A stretch of DNA of 64,000 bases, taken from Marsupella aquatica. Lineage: Eukaryota > Plantae > Marchantiophyta. Under the pieces are notes generated by a model that worked only from the letters and a program-made list of their open reading frames with translations, made no database searches and had not been told where the DNA came from. A program made the position numbers and the translations under genes. The DNA lies in contig OZ316897.1 in the NCBI GenBank assembly GCA_973895155.1, positions 4,372,211-4,436,210 on the forward strand. Reading direction: 5' to 3'. Below, piece by piece: positions 47,903 through 62,369 of the stretch; the first letter of the stretch is position 1; each line of letters opens with the position of its first letter.

Positions 47903-50900
47903 ATGGCTGGAGGGGTCGATTGCGTCCGTATGGGCAGGCAATTATATTCATACAACAGAGTTCTTGAGGTTGCGGTAGTGATCTTCATAGCAACTTGCGC
48001 AAGCGTGCCGACGTTAGGTGCACCAACTGGTATGTTTTTCTCAAGCACAATCGTTTTTATGAGTTACACAAGTCAAATTTGTGCATCTTATTCACAGTAG
48101 TGTAACAGGATTAAAGTGAACTATTAGTGCACCCGGTTCGATATCGAAGATACTCAAGTGACCTCGTGTTGTGGCATTGCGATCTCTGCGTGTGTAGATA
48201 CGTAAGATAAATGATTTTTAGTCGTGAGTGTGGAACAATTGTAAACGCTCAATTAGTTTTTCCCTCGCAAGCAGACTGGATTGGCATCATTGTAGGTACA
48301 GTGCTTTCATTTCACTAGTAGCCGGGGGGGATTTTTGTGACTGTTCGTGCAACTCGTAGCTTATGTTGGGGGCTGTTGTTGGGTTTCAAATCAGTTACAG
48401 CTGAGTGCGGCTACAGAAAAGAAATGCTGTACCGTAACCTTCGGCCTAACGTACTACAGTATTTTGCTTACAGCATTGCCTTAGACATGATCCATGGAGT
48501 GTGAAAACGTGAAAAGAAAGAATAATGTAAAATCAAAATGCGTCTATTCAATCGAATGTGCAGGTCTAGGATTTTTGAGCCTGGATTGCGGCGGGTCTCA
48601 TACCAATTACAGCGATAGTCACGGGTTGCTATGGGTCACCGATGACAGCTACATTAATTCTGGGAATAGCGTTCAACAGTTTTATACAGGTGACCAGAAG
48701 AGTCTGGGAAGTTTTAGATCTTTTCCAGGAGACCAAAGTAAATATTGCTACGAGCTATACACTCCATATTGGACTTACTTAGTTCGTGCCAGTTTCTACA
48801 TGGATCGGTCGGAGTTGGCATCGAGACAACCCTTCGAGTTTATGTCGTCTATAGACGCAACCGACTGGTTTACGGTAGTGAGTGGTGATGCGAGATCCAA
48901 GTCTAATCTGCTGGTAGTGCAAGAGGCCATCTTCTATCCTCCAAACTACAAAACCAATTTTTGCCTACGGCCGATATCTGGGGTGCCGTTTATCTCGTCG
49001 TTGGAGCTGCGATCGCTGGATACCTCCAATACGGGTATGACGGAGATGTACTCTTACCGAGGACGTCTAAGCCAGCTGCTTGCCCTTGGGACAAGATATA
49101 ATACTGGAGCTAAGACTATTCCCGATGTGAGGTAAAGTATCAAACTGACCTCTTGTGACCATATGCAGTGTAGAGGCCAATCGTGTTTTGCGATCAGAAA
49201 GTGTCTATGTTCAATTATAGAAAAAACATCCTTGCGGCTTGGATTTTAGCGTGCTGATGACCAAGATTGTATTCTTTACTAAGACGTATGAGAAGGCGTG
49301 GGAGCTCTAAATAGCTTCGATCTAATTGCAATGTACGAGGCGATTCTAGTCTGAAGATAACGAGATTGGAATACATGAACAGGTACCCCGACGATCCGTT
49401 CGATCGGATTTGGATGACCAATGTCGCATCCACGGTCAACCTCACAGGCATCACAAGCATCGCAAGTGCGAATCCAATAGCCAATACAACCGTAACTCAG
49501 TACTACGTACCGCCGAAAGTGATGCAAGACGCGTGGTTATTTGACCCAAACGTAGATGTGCTCCGCTTGAACGTTGACGCAGACGGCCCAAATGTTTTCT
49601 TGACTCACCCGAGTGAATACGCGTTCGTGGTTGTGTATTCTGCAAATTTAAATGCGTCGACGCCAGGACCATATGTAACAAACTTATATCTGGACAACGG
49701 CTTCCAGGATATTAACTTCATTTCGTCTTCTACACCTAACCTTACAGCGATTTCTTTTGTGACTCTGTCGAAGACTTCTCTCGGTATTAAGCTATCTATC
49801 AATGAATCAGTTCGTGCAAGCTTGAACGCGGTTGAGATTTATTCCCAGCTTAGCTACAATTCCTCCATTACAGTCGTCGATGACGGTAAGATTGCACTTC
49901 GCTCTCGGAGTACTTGGATGCAAATGTGATGGTCAGACTTAAATTCTCGTCCAGCTCCACATTCAGACTACTTTTATCTCGTTTTTTGGCTCCGTTCTGG
50001 CAAGCTAGATGCATACTTACTATAGCTTTTTTTTAACTGTGCAGCCTCAGTTACTTCAGCTCTGAAGACCATGTTTTCTCTGACCGACTGGCAAGGAGAT
50101 CCATGTGTCCCGGTGCCTTTCAACTGGCTATCTTGCGATTTGCACAAAGCAACCTTTGGACAGAGTCAGGAGTGCAGTAACTGTAGCCCTCCGCGTTCGA
50201 TATTCGCGACGTTTTTTAATGTCACCGCTATGTAAGTGACATACTTCATATAGTACAGCATAGAAAGTAGATCCAGGAAAGGGTAGTGTTTTTGTGCGGC
50301 CAGTTTGTTCAGGGTCAAACAACAGTGCAGGGACACCCGTAGCCCGCAAGATATGCCGCGTTCGATACTTGTGACGTTTTTTCATGTCACCTATTTGTAA
50401 GGCACCAGTACTAACACCCCGACAGCATAGAAATGTGCAGGGATAAAGTTTTGGCCTAATGTTTACCCGTGAATTTGTTTGTTTCGTATTGCACATTATG
50501 TTCGGTGGAACTCTATTACACCTAAACTTTTTGTGGGGAACTGAATCTGTGAACCGCACCGTAGAGTAAATATGCGCAAGTAGATTATGAATCACTTCGT
50601 GGGCACTAGTACGTACATAGAAAGAGAGACACATCACGAAGACTTAATTAGCTTGCCACTCTCCCAATTCAATTAAGAAACTCTTTTAGAATATTTTAGA
50701 CAATGTTGGGGCGAGGACTTCCACTATTTAGATAGCTAGCTAGGAAAATAGTTTGTTCAGCCTCCGGTCTGCTACCTTAACGAACTTATACAGTCGACTA
50801 CTATCCTTAACAGCCATGAATCACTGTTTAGGTCGTCTCGGCTTCCTTTCGCGGCTGCAGTATTGTTAAATACATAGTTCTACAATCGGCGAATTGGATT

Positions 50901-53900
50901 CTTGAGTAATTGAAATTCGAAGCGTAAATATTTCACATTTTCCATGTCGCTCAAAAGATAGAATAATTGCCATTGACCGCTTCGAAAGTCAATTACATTG
51001 GTACATACAGAAAATGAATGAACTAGTCCAGGATGTCTTTTGTAATGGTAGTTACGACCAGAGAAAGTTGTTCCATAATGTGTGTCGTTGTGCAGAAATA
51101 TCTCAAACATCGCCAACACGAACTTTAGCGGCATCATTGGAGATGCATCAGCTTTACCATCAGGGAGACTACATGCATTGGACACTCTGTAAGTCTGCCG
51201 TACCTTCTTAATGAAATTTTTTCAACTCATACTAGTTTATTATTCTTTTGCAGTTGGAAAGTCTGAATGCAGTTTTCTGGGAGTACTTTTGCTCAACTCA
51301 GACGTGATTCAGCATTTCAAACATAGGACATTATGGACTGTGGTACCCTGAGGTTATCAGATGAGCATGTCATGTTCATTATATGCATGATCGATCTAAT
51401 TCCTGCAGAGTCTGAATCCCTGTTGTCATCGGCCGTATGAATTGGGGCCCTGACATACTCTGTTCGAGGCCAGTTTGCGTGATGGGAGCACGACCATCAG
51501 GAAATTAAAGCAATGCAAAGATCTTACAATGTTCTATATCCACAAATACTGATCCACTGTTGCACTCTCGGGTTTGTTGGCTTTCAGGTCTATTACATCC
51601 AGTGGAGTAGACGACCCAACTTTTCTGTTCCTCATAAACTATACCTCCCCTGGATTGGTAACTTTGTAAGCACTGTATACTCTGAACTCCTGTGAGAAAG
51701 ATAAGATTGCAAAGTCGGTCCTAATAGGAAAGGAATTGCAAACAAATGTGCTTGAGGTAGACACGCTTGATATATAACAACTTCAATCTGAATTTTGGAA
51801 TCAGTTTTGATAGAAATCTTGCCACACGCATGCCTATTGAATTGTGTGTAAATGTTCTCGGCCTCGAAGAACACGTATCACATATAGGTATAACTATGTC
51901 AATTGTTTCATCAGGAACTTGAGTTACAATGCTATTCAACACCTCCCTAGCGTAAGCGACTGGGCTGGAAGGGACAATGTTACCTTTGGAAATCTGACAA
52001 CCTTGGACCTATCTCACAATGATCTCACTGGTTCGCTGAGCTCGTTCAAGGATGTACCATTCTTCACCGCACTCCAAAATCTGTAAGTTCAATCGCGTGG
52101 GCTCGGAACTTTGTTGGTTTGTAATTAAGCATCCGTGAAGAATTTAATGACCATGAAAGTGAATACAGAATTGTTGCAAAGCCGAATTATTACAGATTTT
52201 CTTTGGGTAAGTTTCATGCAATCCTAAATAATTAATCTAACTGGAGGTCTATATGTTAGTACTCTGGGCTGGATTGAAGGTAGGGAATGCTATGCCAGTC
52301 ATCTCATTGAAGGCAATTGTACTGATCCAATCTTCCGCGCTTCCTCCCCCTTAAGCAGTTTCTTGCTCTTCTTTCCTTTTACCAGATTCCATTTGTAATG
52401 TTGGAGGCGTTTTCCCCTTTTTTTAAGCCATTCTGACTGACCTTGTTCCTGAAGTTAGCATTTGCTTTGTTTGATTAACAACCATTTTTGTTCGTCATGC
52501 TTGTCTTAATCGGAAGGTTGATCGCATCTTTGTTCGCAGGAACCTCAGTTACAACAGTTTAACGTCTTTTCCAGAGAATTGGGGACACCCAACAATCCAA
52601 AGCTTGGTTAGCCTGAACTTGTCTCACAATCAGCTTGACGGAAATATGTCTTCCTTGGACGAATTAGTTCTAATAAACGCAGGATCTCTTCAAGAATTGT
52701 AAGTAACGTTGGTTCTCTCCAGCTATATGGAGCTATTAGTGGCAAGTTTATCTTTGCCATAAACTATTGAGGCAAATGATTATTCAATAATATCCTGTAA
52801 GAAATGAATTATGCAATGTTCTCTGACCACGAGGTTAAAATAAACATTTTGGTTGCTTGATGTGCATAGCCAATGCAAACCCAAGCAGTCACTTTCTTCA
52901 AAGAAAATTATTAATGATGTCCATCTATTTGCATGAGTGTTCTCGATAAGTACCTTACCCATCATTGGTATTTCATGACACACTTTTCGATATCCAAAAC
53001 ATGCCTCGTAATTTGTTATGGCACCACTGGTCTAAATTTTCTAGTCATCAACATGCTCGAAGTGCATAATTGATTTAGTCCTTCATTAACCGATGTCTCA
53101 TTTCAAAATTTCGAATTCTAGGTGACATGATCTTGAGGAGGTTTTCTAGTTTGAAGTGCCAACGGAATCTATGTAGCTTCTGTTGATGCTGGACATGGGG
53201 ATCTTATATATAGTCATGTTTCAATCTGTGCAGGGACGTTTCTTACAACAACCTCAGTGGGACGTTTTTCAGTGACTTGTACTTCTCACTTTCAAATCTT
53301 ACTTATGCGTAAGTATCCTATAATAAACTCTGAATCGGAGTGAAGTATTAAGCTAGGTTATTAAGGTAGATTAGCAATTTCGTACAGTTCAATTTAAACT
53401 TTGGATAAATCATGGGTCATCAAGTTCTCGATTTTCAGAAACATGGTCATTACAATCTGTTAGTATGTGACGAAAATCGATTCTGCCATGTGCACAAGGT
53501 TTAGAAAAAATGAAGAGTGATTAATACTAAATACCAGGACTGTGCTGAGAGTATTATTATGTCTACACAATAATACTACCAGCTGTTGGTTGGAGATTTA
53601 CTCGATCTTACTGTAGAAATTCACCCGTCCTAGTGTTGACATGGGGGTGTATCTAAATCTTCTCTCGGTACAATAGATCGTGACAGATAAGTAAGTTCAA
53701 ATAGATAATTAAGGAGGTCAAAAGAATAATTGTTGTAGATAATATGTTCAGTTATACTATACTAGCTCTGACGCGTGGAATCGTTGGTCTGCAGAAATTT
53801 TGACCAGAATTCAATTCAGGGGGTCTTGAACTTGAACTCATGGTATGCGGCTTTGCAAGAGGCTGCTATACTACATGTATCTACATCTGCAAACTCGAGC

Positions 53901-56900
53901 ATGCCAACTATCACTCAGAAATTGTTTTCGTTTATGAACAACAGCATCGAGGACATCGTTCCTAGTGCTAAGGACTTTGACCTTAAAACACACTCCCTTT
54001 TCAGAAGTGGTCGAGATTTTGGAGTTCTGTAAGTGTCCCTAGCCAAGCTTCGTAGAACTTTCAACTTTTAACTTACAAGTTACGAAATGTGTTGAATCGT
54101 GTTAGATGTGGGAAATTTCTTCAGGAAGATTATGTCCAAATTGTCTTTCAAGAGCACCGTCTTTCGACTTAGCAATTTCGGATCTTAGTTTATCAATGGT
54201 AATATAACAATAAGGTCCATGTAATTATAGGAAAACTGACTGCAAAATACTTCATATGTAGATACAGAGTACTTGCTTATATTGACAATGTGTCGGAAAT
54301 GATATGTAGGCTACATGGCAATCCCTACTGCAGCAACATCAGATCATCTGTACAACGCTATCTTTGTCGATCCAACATTTCTGACCCATTCCAAGGTAAA
54401 AATGCATAGAATGTATTAAAATGTTATGGTCTCTCGTATGTCAGTACCATTTAGTCACATTTAACAATTATCTTGAGTTGTTGGATCTGGCCAAGGCTTT
54501 CGGAAAGGAAACAAATGAATCAGATCAAGTAACAAGTATTTACACAGTCACAACTGGGGCCGCACCTAACGCAGCTCAGGTCAAAATATAGGAAACTATA
54601 TAGAACGAACGTGAAAACAAATTTAAAACCTCTTTCGATCAAGCTAACATTTTCCTATCGTGATTTCAGATGACTCCAAAAGCAATGATACAGAGATTTT
54701 AGTTATCAGTATATGCGGCGGGGTTTTTGCTCTTCTATTCGTTTGTATTACTTCTGCAACTTTGTGGAAGCTAAGGAAGCAATTGCACACCCTTCGCAGT
54801 ATCCAACAAGGTACTAAGTTGGAAAGTAATATGAGATTCTACTATTGCCTAGTTAAATGCGTTGCAATCTATAGTGTTTATTTTGGGAAACTTGTCAATA
54901 ATACCCCTCAGCTTTTTAGATGTGCTTGCTAAGCCTATTAGCCAACGAATAGCTATACATATTGTGGAAATCCCGGTAGAGCTTAACTGAAAATGAGATT
55001 TTCCTTGCTAAATTTCTGAGTTACTTTCATGTTCACAAACTAATTTTTCATTGTCTTCTGTAGCTTTGGCCGAACGAAAAGTGCAACCGCCATTTTATAA
55101 CTACAACGATCTTAAAATTGCTACAAAAGATTTTCACAAGAGCAATAAACTGGGGCATGGTGGCTTTGGTGTTGTCTACAAGGTGAGATTATTAATTTTG
55201 GCTTTGCTAGAAACCGGGTAAAACTATGTCAAATTTGATATGCGATCCAACTTGAGTCGTAACTAAAGATACACTTTCAGATCTGTGATGCTACCTAATT
55301 GAATGAACATGTAATATTTCCAACATTTTCTTGAGAAATAAACTTCGTAGGACATGAAATCTTTGAGGTATTAAGTAAATGGTACGTGACAAGGTTTCTA
55401 TTTCAGGTGTCTCCCACTATGACCTTCGTGTTTCATGAAACGCTTGAATATGCAAGAACTGACCTCGGAACTTACATGAATTCAAATGTCAGTTTTGTAA
55501 GATCTATAGATCTCTTCAGTGCCATGCAATCGAAAAGAAGGATATCTTACAACTTCTGGTGAGCTTGTGACCCGGGCACTTAACTTGTATTGTTGTGCAG
55601 GGAGTTTTAGCAGATGAGACACTTGCGGTGAAAAAACTTTTTGATTTGAAGGGAGTTCAAGTCATTGATGAGTTTTTGAACGAGGTGGTATTAATAACAG
55701 GAATCAAACACAGAAACCTGGTCAGATTGAAAGGCTGTTGCATAAAGGACAAGCAGCGTATTCTGGTTTACGAATATGCTGAAAAGGGAAATTTGGCCGA
55801 ACTATTGTGGGGTAAATTACATACAGTCATTCCACCAAGAATTGTTTGCAATGTGGTGGCTGATAGCTCTGTTTTGCATGCTCCACATGTGTGTCCAAAG
55901 TATGATCCAATCCCATTAAAATTTTTGTTGTGTCTGAGTGCGGTGAAATGTTTATCACATGCAGGATCACATGTTCACTGGGGATTGAATTGGAAGCAAC
56001 TGCTGAATATCTGTGTGGGAGTTGCTCGTGGGCTTTCGTACCTTCATGAAGAGCTACAGCCGTCTATTATACACAGGGATATAAAGCCACAGAATATTCT
56101 TCTTGATAACAATTTAAATGCCAAAATTGCTGACTTTGGATTGGCACGACATGTGTCAGATGAAGCAAACCAAGCGCATTACACACAAATTGCAGGGACA
56201 TTGTAAGTGACAATAACGCTGTCTTCAGTGATCAACGTCATTTGCTGCAAGTACCAATCCTGAAGTTGTTAACTGATGAATATAGATCTATAATCAACTA
56301 AGTATGTAGAATTATAGATTAATGGCTTTGTGTGTTGAAGTCCAAGTGTTGTATTTTAGATATTTTGTGAAATCCTGGCCTGGCTTTAGAGTATAGACCA
56401 ATGGCTTTATGGGTTTGAAGTTCAATTAAGCTAATGAGGTGCGTTCTTAGCTATTTTTTTGAGCTTCCTCCTATCCACTAATTAAAATGTAATTCGTTGA
56501 ATGCCAATTGCTTGCAGAGGCTACTTTGCACCAGAGTATGCGATGCAAGGTCAGGTATCTGATAAAACAGATGTGTACAGCTACGGAATTTTGATTCTAG
56601 AAGTTGTTAGTGGGCGAAAGTGCATTGATTCCACACGACCTGTGGAAGAAAAATATCTCAAAGATTGGGTATATTCTAACTATTTCTCACTGTCTACATT
56701 TCTATCTAAATTTTGGCATAAATGGGTTGAAATAATAGCTGTTTTGAAAACTGTGTTTGTATGTCCTTGGAACAGTGCTTAACCTCACCGAGTCTTCCGA
56801 CTTTAATGCAAGATTGCAGTTCCTTTCAAGACCTGTTTCTGTCGCTTGTCCTTGTGCTACTTCTAATGTAGTATTTTATGTATTCTGATTGCAGGTTGCC

Positions 56901-57296
56901 ACTATGAGAAAAAAATCCTTATTATTTGATATCTTGCAGCCCCAATTGAGAGACCAGTGCGATGTTGCAGAGGTCATTCGAGTAATCAATATTGCTCTGC
57001 TTTGTGTGCAACTTCAGCCAGAGAGGCGGCCAACAATGTCTCAAGTAGTGACCATGTTCTTGGGAAATATGGATATAGAAGTTTCCTCGGATGAGTTTGA
57101 TAACATTCATTCTAATTTTAGGGACTTTGTGGCAATAATCGCTCATGATGCCGAACATCCTTCCATGGATATCATCGAAGAAGAGTCGCATGATTTTCCA
57201 TTGCTGAATAGAGATTCTCAATCTTCCTACGACATAAGCAGTAGCAGATCATGGTCAAGGCCCAGTATTGAGTTGAAAGCTGTTAGTGGGAGATAA
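47903..57296 (+). CDS. Malectin-like/GDPC/LRR receptor-like kinase, paralog 2. Exons 47903-48029, 48564-49131, 49383-49885, 50045-50231, 51096-51188, 51588-51665, 51915-52082, 52540-52698, 53234-53308, 53795-54028, 54310-54395, 54670-54810, 55064-55182, 55601-55811, 55965-56202, 56518-56668, 56895-57296
   Basis: Same 17-exon structure and motifs as paralog 1 ([36 protein letters not shown]). Open throughout and ends IELKAVSGR*. Confidence 0.92.
50313..50396 (+). other. Candidate 84-bp in-frame cassette exon (partial duplicate of the 3' half of exon 4) in paralog 2
   Basis: gttcag|g gtc aaa caa cag tgc...ttt ttt cat gtc acc tat tt|gtaagg. 28 codons, no stop, phase 2 at both ends. Confidence 0.5.
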
Positions 57297-58270
57297 CTTG
57301 ATGCGATCAACGAATCACAAATGGAATGATTTGGATGATTATATTGTACATGACGATATCTATTAAAGCTGGAGTTGCAGCAGATTGTACATACTGGGCC
57401 TGCAACTCGAAGGCAATCTGTGAAATCAAAATTTCTCAATATGAGTGCACCTGGCTTAGTATCTGGAATACTGGTTTGTTTTGGTATCTCAGTGTACAAG
57501 AGATTCTCTTGCAGACTGGTCGGACCAAAACATATGCCAACATCAAGCGAAACTGTATGCATTACAGGAGGACCCTAGTTGACTGAATGATGAAGGATCT
57601 ATTTTTCTAGCCAGGGCCAACAATTGCTCCTGAGTAAACAATTCAATTTTGTCGCTCTAGAATGTTGTTACGAGTTCAGGGCATAGACAAAGCAGTAAAA
57701 TTGAAGTTCACTTCAGCTCAATGTATTCCAATCATTAAGGAAGTGCCCTGAAGGATAAAACGTTTCTGAGAACCATCACCCATTCTCAATTGGTCTGAGA
57801 AGCTACATTTCTCTTGTACGACATCACTTAAGTCCGCCGACTTTCAATGAAAATTCAAGCCTCAACGATGTTTGACAGCTAGTACAGAATCGGGTATCAA
57901 TTTGAGAAACGACACTCTACCATGCGCTGGAAATGAATGATAGAAGCGGGAATGCTCTCTACCCTCTGCAAAAGTTAATTCGTCTACACCGCCATCTGTT
58001 CCAATTAAGCATTGAACTCTTGAACGAGAACCAGAAGTGTGTGCCTGCCTGTGTGACAGAAGACTTACAACTTAACTGAAAACAGACATGGAGAGAAGAA
58101 TGACACCTCTATTTCTTCTTCGTTGCCTTCGAAACAAGTACGTAAAGCAATCGGTGGAATTTAAAATCCACAGATGTGATCAAACCTAGTGCTGTGATCA
58201 GAAAAGAGAAAACATCGAACGTGCGCAAAAGAAGTCGAAAAGGACAGTCACAATACTAGAGAATGGCTGT

Positions 58271-58358
58271 GCCTCTCATTCTTGTGGTGAACCAAGCCCT
58301 GCTCTAGTTCAGGCGCCTCTCATTCTTGTGGTGAACCAAGCCCTGCTCTAGTTCAGGC
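58271..58358. repeat. Perfect 44-bp tandem duplication
   Basis: gcctctcattcttgtggtgaaccaagccctgctctagttcaggc x2. Confidence 0.92.
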
Positions 58359-60655
58359 CGAGTGCTTTGCAATTCGACTTCTTCCGGTCCATGGTTTGAG
58401 CAGTGCCATTCTACTTCACAAGAATATCCTTAAAACCGCATTCTCGGGATTCTTTGAATAGTTCACCGTTTAAGCTCCAACTTCTTTATCAATATTTGCA
58501 CATCGTGTTTAGTGGGCAATGAAGGCAATGCTTCGGCGTTTTTCGAGGCAAAAACGATGGTCGGACTTTCCAATCCAGACATTGGCTGTATTGCCATCGT
58601 CCAGTCATTAGTTTAATGTGTAGGACGGCATTGCCGGCAGGTTTCCCAGAACATGATAATTAAATTGTTCGTTCAAGACCTCTGTAGAGGCTGTGCGTGA
58701 TTGTTTATGCCCCTGCAGTTTCAAAGAAGCTTACGAGAGACACTATCATCACGACAGAGGTGCCCAAAAGACTGGTGAAGCCGCAGTCAAGAGTATGCCA
58801 TAGTGGCATCTCGCTCAAAACAAAGAGTAGTTGAATGTTTGGGTCAAACTAACAATATAGTGGGGATAACTAATATATCAGGGTGCCAAGGGCAAAAAAT
58901 GCCCAACCACAAGATGTTAAGAATTGACTAGAGTTCCCAAGTTTAGTTAATTTGGTGTATTATGATTAATTGGCCCTTGGTTAGTTTAAAATAAGATACA
59001 TTTATTTAGGCCCACACATTCTAGTCCCCTTTAGGAGGGTATAGGTTGGAGAGAGAATATTCTCTCTCTCATTTTTCATATGTCCTTTCTCATGAGCTAT
59101 GGATTTTTCAGGAGTTTATTCATGATAGTGGTGTCTTGTTAGTGTAGTGTGAGATTGAGTGCGTGTTCTCATGTTCCGTATTGCTGTCTAGTCTGGTACA
59201 AGGGTAATCATACACAAGATCCCAATGGCAAAGCAACCCAATGAAAGGAAGAAAAAGAGGGGAAAAGACCCCAAAAAGAAAAGAGGGGTAAAGGCCCCAA
59301 GAAGAAAGAGGAGAAAGGGCCCCAAGAAAAATAAGCAAAGGGGACCCAACCAAAAGCCAACTAAGAAACAAGGGACAAAAAAGAACGTACTTGTGAAAAA
59401 AACAAACAATTGTCTCAATCATGTAAAATTTAACAATAGTTTATATATTTAAAATTGCCATATAATAACAATACTTTGCTTTAATTTATTTACTAGTATC
59501 TCTGTGGTATAGTTTTTGTGAGGCATTGTAAAGTCAGCCCTTGTAATGTAAAGCTGTCCCTTGTCCCTCTTAAAAGGTATGACTTTTCTAATTTCTTATT
59601 ATAAGATCTTTGGAAATAGAAATCTAGCATCTACCCGCATCCTAGACATGCAAGTATGTTTGACAAGAGGCTCAAATAGACCACAAAACTTGCAATATAC
59701 CATTTTGAATCTCGTTGTCACGATTTCATGGACTTCCCTAAGGGTTTTACTCTATAATGTTCTTACCGAAGCTGATGCTTCAATGGACCACAATGTTTGA
59801 CCTGATGGCTATGATAGACTTAGTTGTTACCACAGTTATCAATCAACTGTAACTGAAAGAAATTCTTCCAAAAAACTCTCGACAGATTTTCTTCCACCAA
59901 ACGAAGGCCCAGGTTGAGGAATCCCACCCCAGGGTAGGGGCCTCTATTTTTTTAATCAGTGACAGTTTTTAAGTTACTCAATTTGGTTTTTTGGAAGCGG
60001 CAAAACTCAACTTCAATTCTTATTTTTGTGCCCTGGATGAACATTTAACGCCAGAATTCAATAAAGCGTAGGATGCTACAGAGGCAGCCAAACCGAGTGG
60101 AACAATACCCACTGTCCGGACTGGACTTAAGTAGGGCCAATTATCGATGGACCTGGTAGTTAATTAAGAGTTTCCTCCTTTTGCCGAAAAATCAGGAAAC
60201 TATACTAGTGGCAGTATTCCACGAAGTGACATCCAGAGTCCTCCAGAACGTTTCTTTCCGATTCTGACAAGTCAAATATTAATTTCAATCTTTAATTTCT
60301 TTTCTCCGTGAAAGAGACGCTATTTTTTAATTTATTGCTTGACCTGGTCAATTTTGTAATTTGTTGAAACTCCAAACATTAACGTGCCTGCAGGGATAAA
60401 ATCGCCCTCGCCCAGTCCCCCAGCCTTGGATTAACGTTTATTGTGGAGTCTGTTATGGTGGGGCCTACTACATTGTTGTGTGCATTATTTTCGTTGGAAA
60501 CTACTGAAAAGCTGGAGAGGAGGAGGCAGCCATGACTAAGTCGATTGTTCTGTTTGAGAGAAAAGTTCAGTCAAAGCTGGATTGGGTATAAATATTGCAA
60601 GCTGTCGTGACCTATACTGCAACACTCATATTCATCACTTTAGGGGCTCTAGCCC

Positions 60656-61010
60656 AATTCTGGTGCATCACCCTGGTATGGGGATTACTCAGGAACTCTA
60701 GGAGTTAATTTATTACTCAGTAGAGCTTTACTGTAGTTCTTTTGCTGTTGTTAGGGACTCTAGAAGTATTTGGCTCTTGGACTTACAGAACTATGTGGCT
60801 CTTCGGCCTCTACTCTAATTCTGGTGCATCACCCTGGTATGGGGACTACTCAGGAGCAGCTCTAGGAGTTAATTTGTTGCTCACTACTGTAGAGATTTAG
60901 TTCTTTTGCTGTTGTTAGTGACTCTATGGTCTCTAGAACTAGTTGGCTCTTGGGCTTCTTTCATTACATTTTGATTTAGTTCTTTTGCTGTGGTTAGAGA
61001 CTCTAGAATC
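60656..61010. repeat. Degenerate tandem repeat, about 160-bp period
   Basis: aattctggtgcatcaccctggtatgggga...ctctaggagttaattt occurs twice. agttcttttgctgt(t/g)gttag..actcta occurs three times. Confidence 0.75.
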
Positions 61011-62369
61011 ATTTGACTCGTGTTTATTTTCATGCTTAGGTTTTTCCTTTGTTTTCTTTCCTTTATTGAGTCTCCTCTCTTACTTTGATATATATCTTGC
61101 ATTTGAGCTTTTCTGCTCTTTGGCGCTATTGGTCAAGATTTTAATTATAACTTGGTTCAAAATATAAACAAAATAATAAAACACCTGAACCAAGCTTTTC
61201 GTGCACTCTGGTCAGGATTCTTTTGACTGACTACATTCTCACTGATCAACCGACCACGTAGTTCAAATCGTGGATACCTACAGTAGATATTAAGTTCTGT
61301 TTATTAGCCACTACTGGAGTGTGGTCTTTCGAGATTTGTCGCGGTCGCTCCCACACCGTGCATTGACTGCATGGTTCCCTGTGTGGTAAGGCTCTGAACA
61401 CGTTATGGGATTACTTCCTGAGATGATTGTTGTTAAACTCTTATATATAGTAATGTCCTGTTTAAAGGGCATTGTGGTGCTCAAGCTTTGAAGGGCTATT
61501 ATTGCCCATAATGCTCTCTAAACCTTAATACACTCAGAGGTATGCAAGATTTTTATTTTAGTACAAGGAGAGGAGAATCGTTCCACAAGAGGTGATCCAA
61601 ATCTTGGCGGGGAATTCTCCTCCAAGAACCCCTGAAAAATACACAGGGAAAGGTGCATCAAGATTGCAGGGATTTCCGAAAAGTACGACTGAGGAATTTT
61701 CCAAAATTTTGCTTGGAAAGAAGGGGAATGCCAGCCGAAGTAGGAAACGCGCTTTGTCAACACTTGAAAATGTCTGTGCCGGCCCATCTGGGATCTTGTG
61801 AGAAGGAAAGCCCGGGGCCCAATTGTCACAGGCCTCAACGTTTTGGCATGGTCTATCCGTCCCTAGTTTCTGTCGCATGAGGTAGCCGGCAGGACACCGT
61901 GGTACGTGTCTATTGTAGTTTTTTGTAATCAACATAAGGCACCCAGCACTGACTAAAAGAAACAAAAAGTTTTCATCAGTGGAGGCCGCTTTCTGGGTCA
62001 TCCGGGCTGCAGAAACGTCTGGGATCGTGTTGCTATGGACGAGAACAAGAAAACTTGACATGATCGAGCATCACTTGCCACTAGCTTGTATTCATTCTGC
62101 AAAACTCTGGCTCCAAGAGATTGCAGCAAACACTAGGTGAATTTAATTCTGGTAGTGATGAGACAGCTTAGGAGCTAGCAGACTACGAGTGTAATCAAAT
62201 TCGAGAAGTACAAGTCGCAGCTGTCAACGACGTAGAAGAAAAGAGCTTTGAAATTAAAACACAGAATTAATATCGATTTCGATTGGATCGCCGGTTGTAG
62301 CGTATAGTAGGCCAGTCCAGCCGCTGTCTAATTTAGCTTGGTCCGTTACAATCATATACGTTTCAATAG

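Noticed and set aside
59120-59452. Lys-rich and Phe/Leu-rich ORFs
   Set aside because: Low-complexity purine-rich DNA that is open by composition, with no domain signal.
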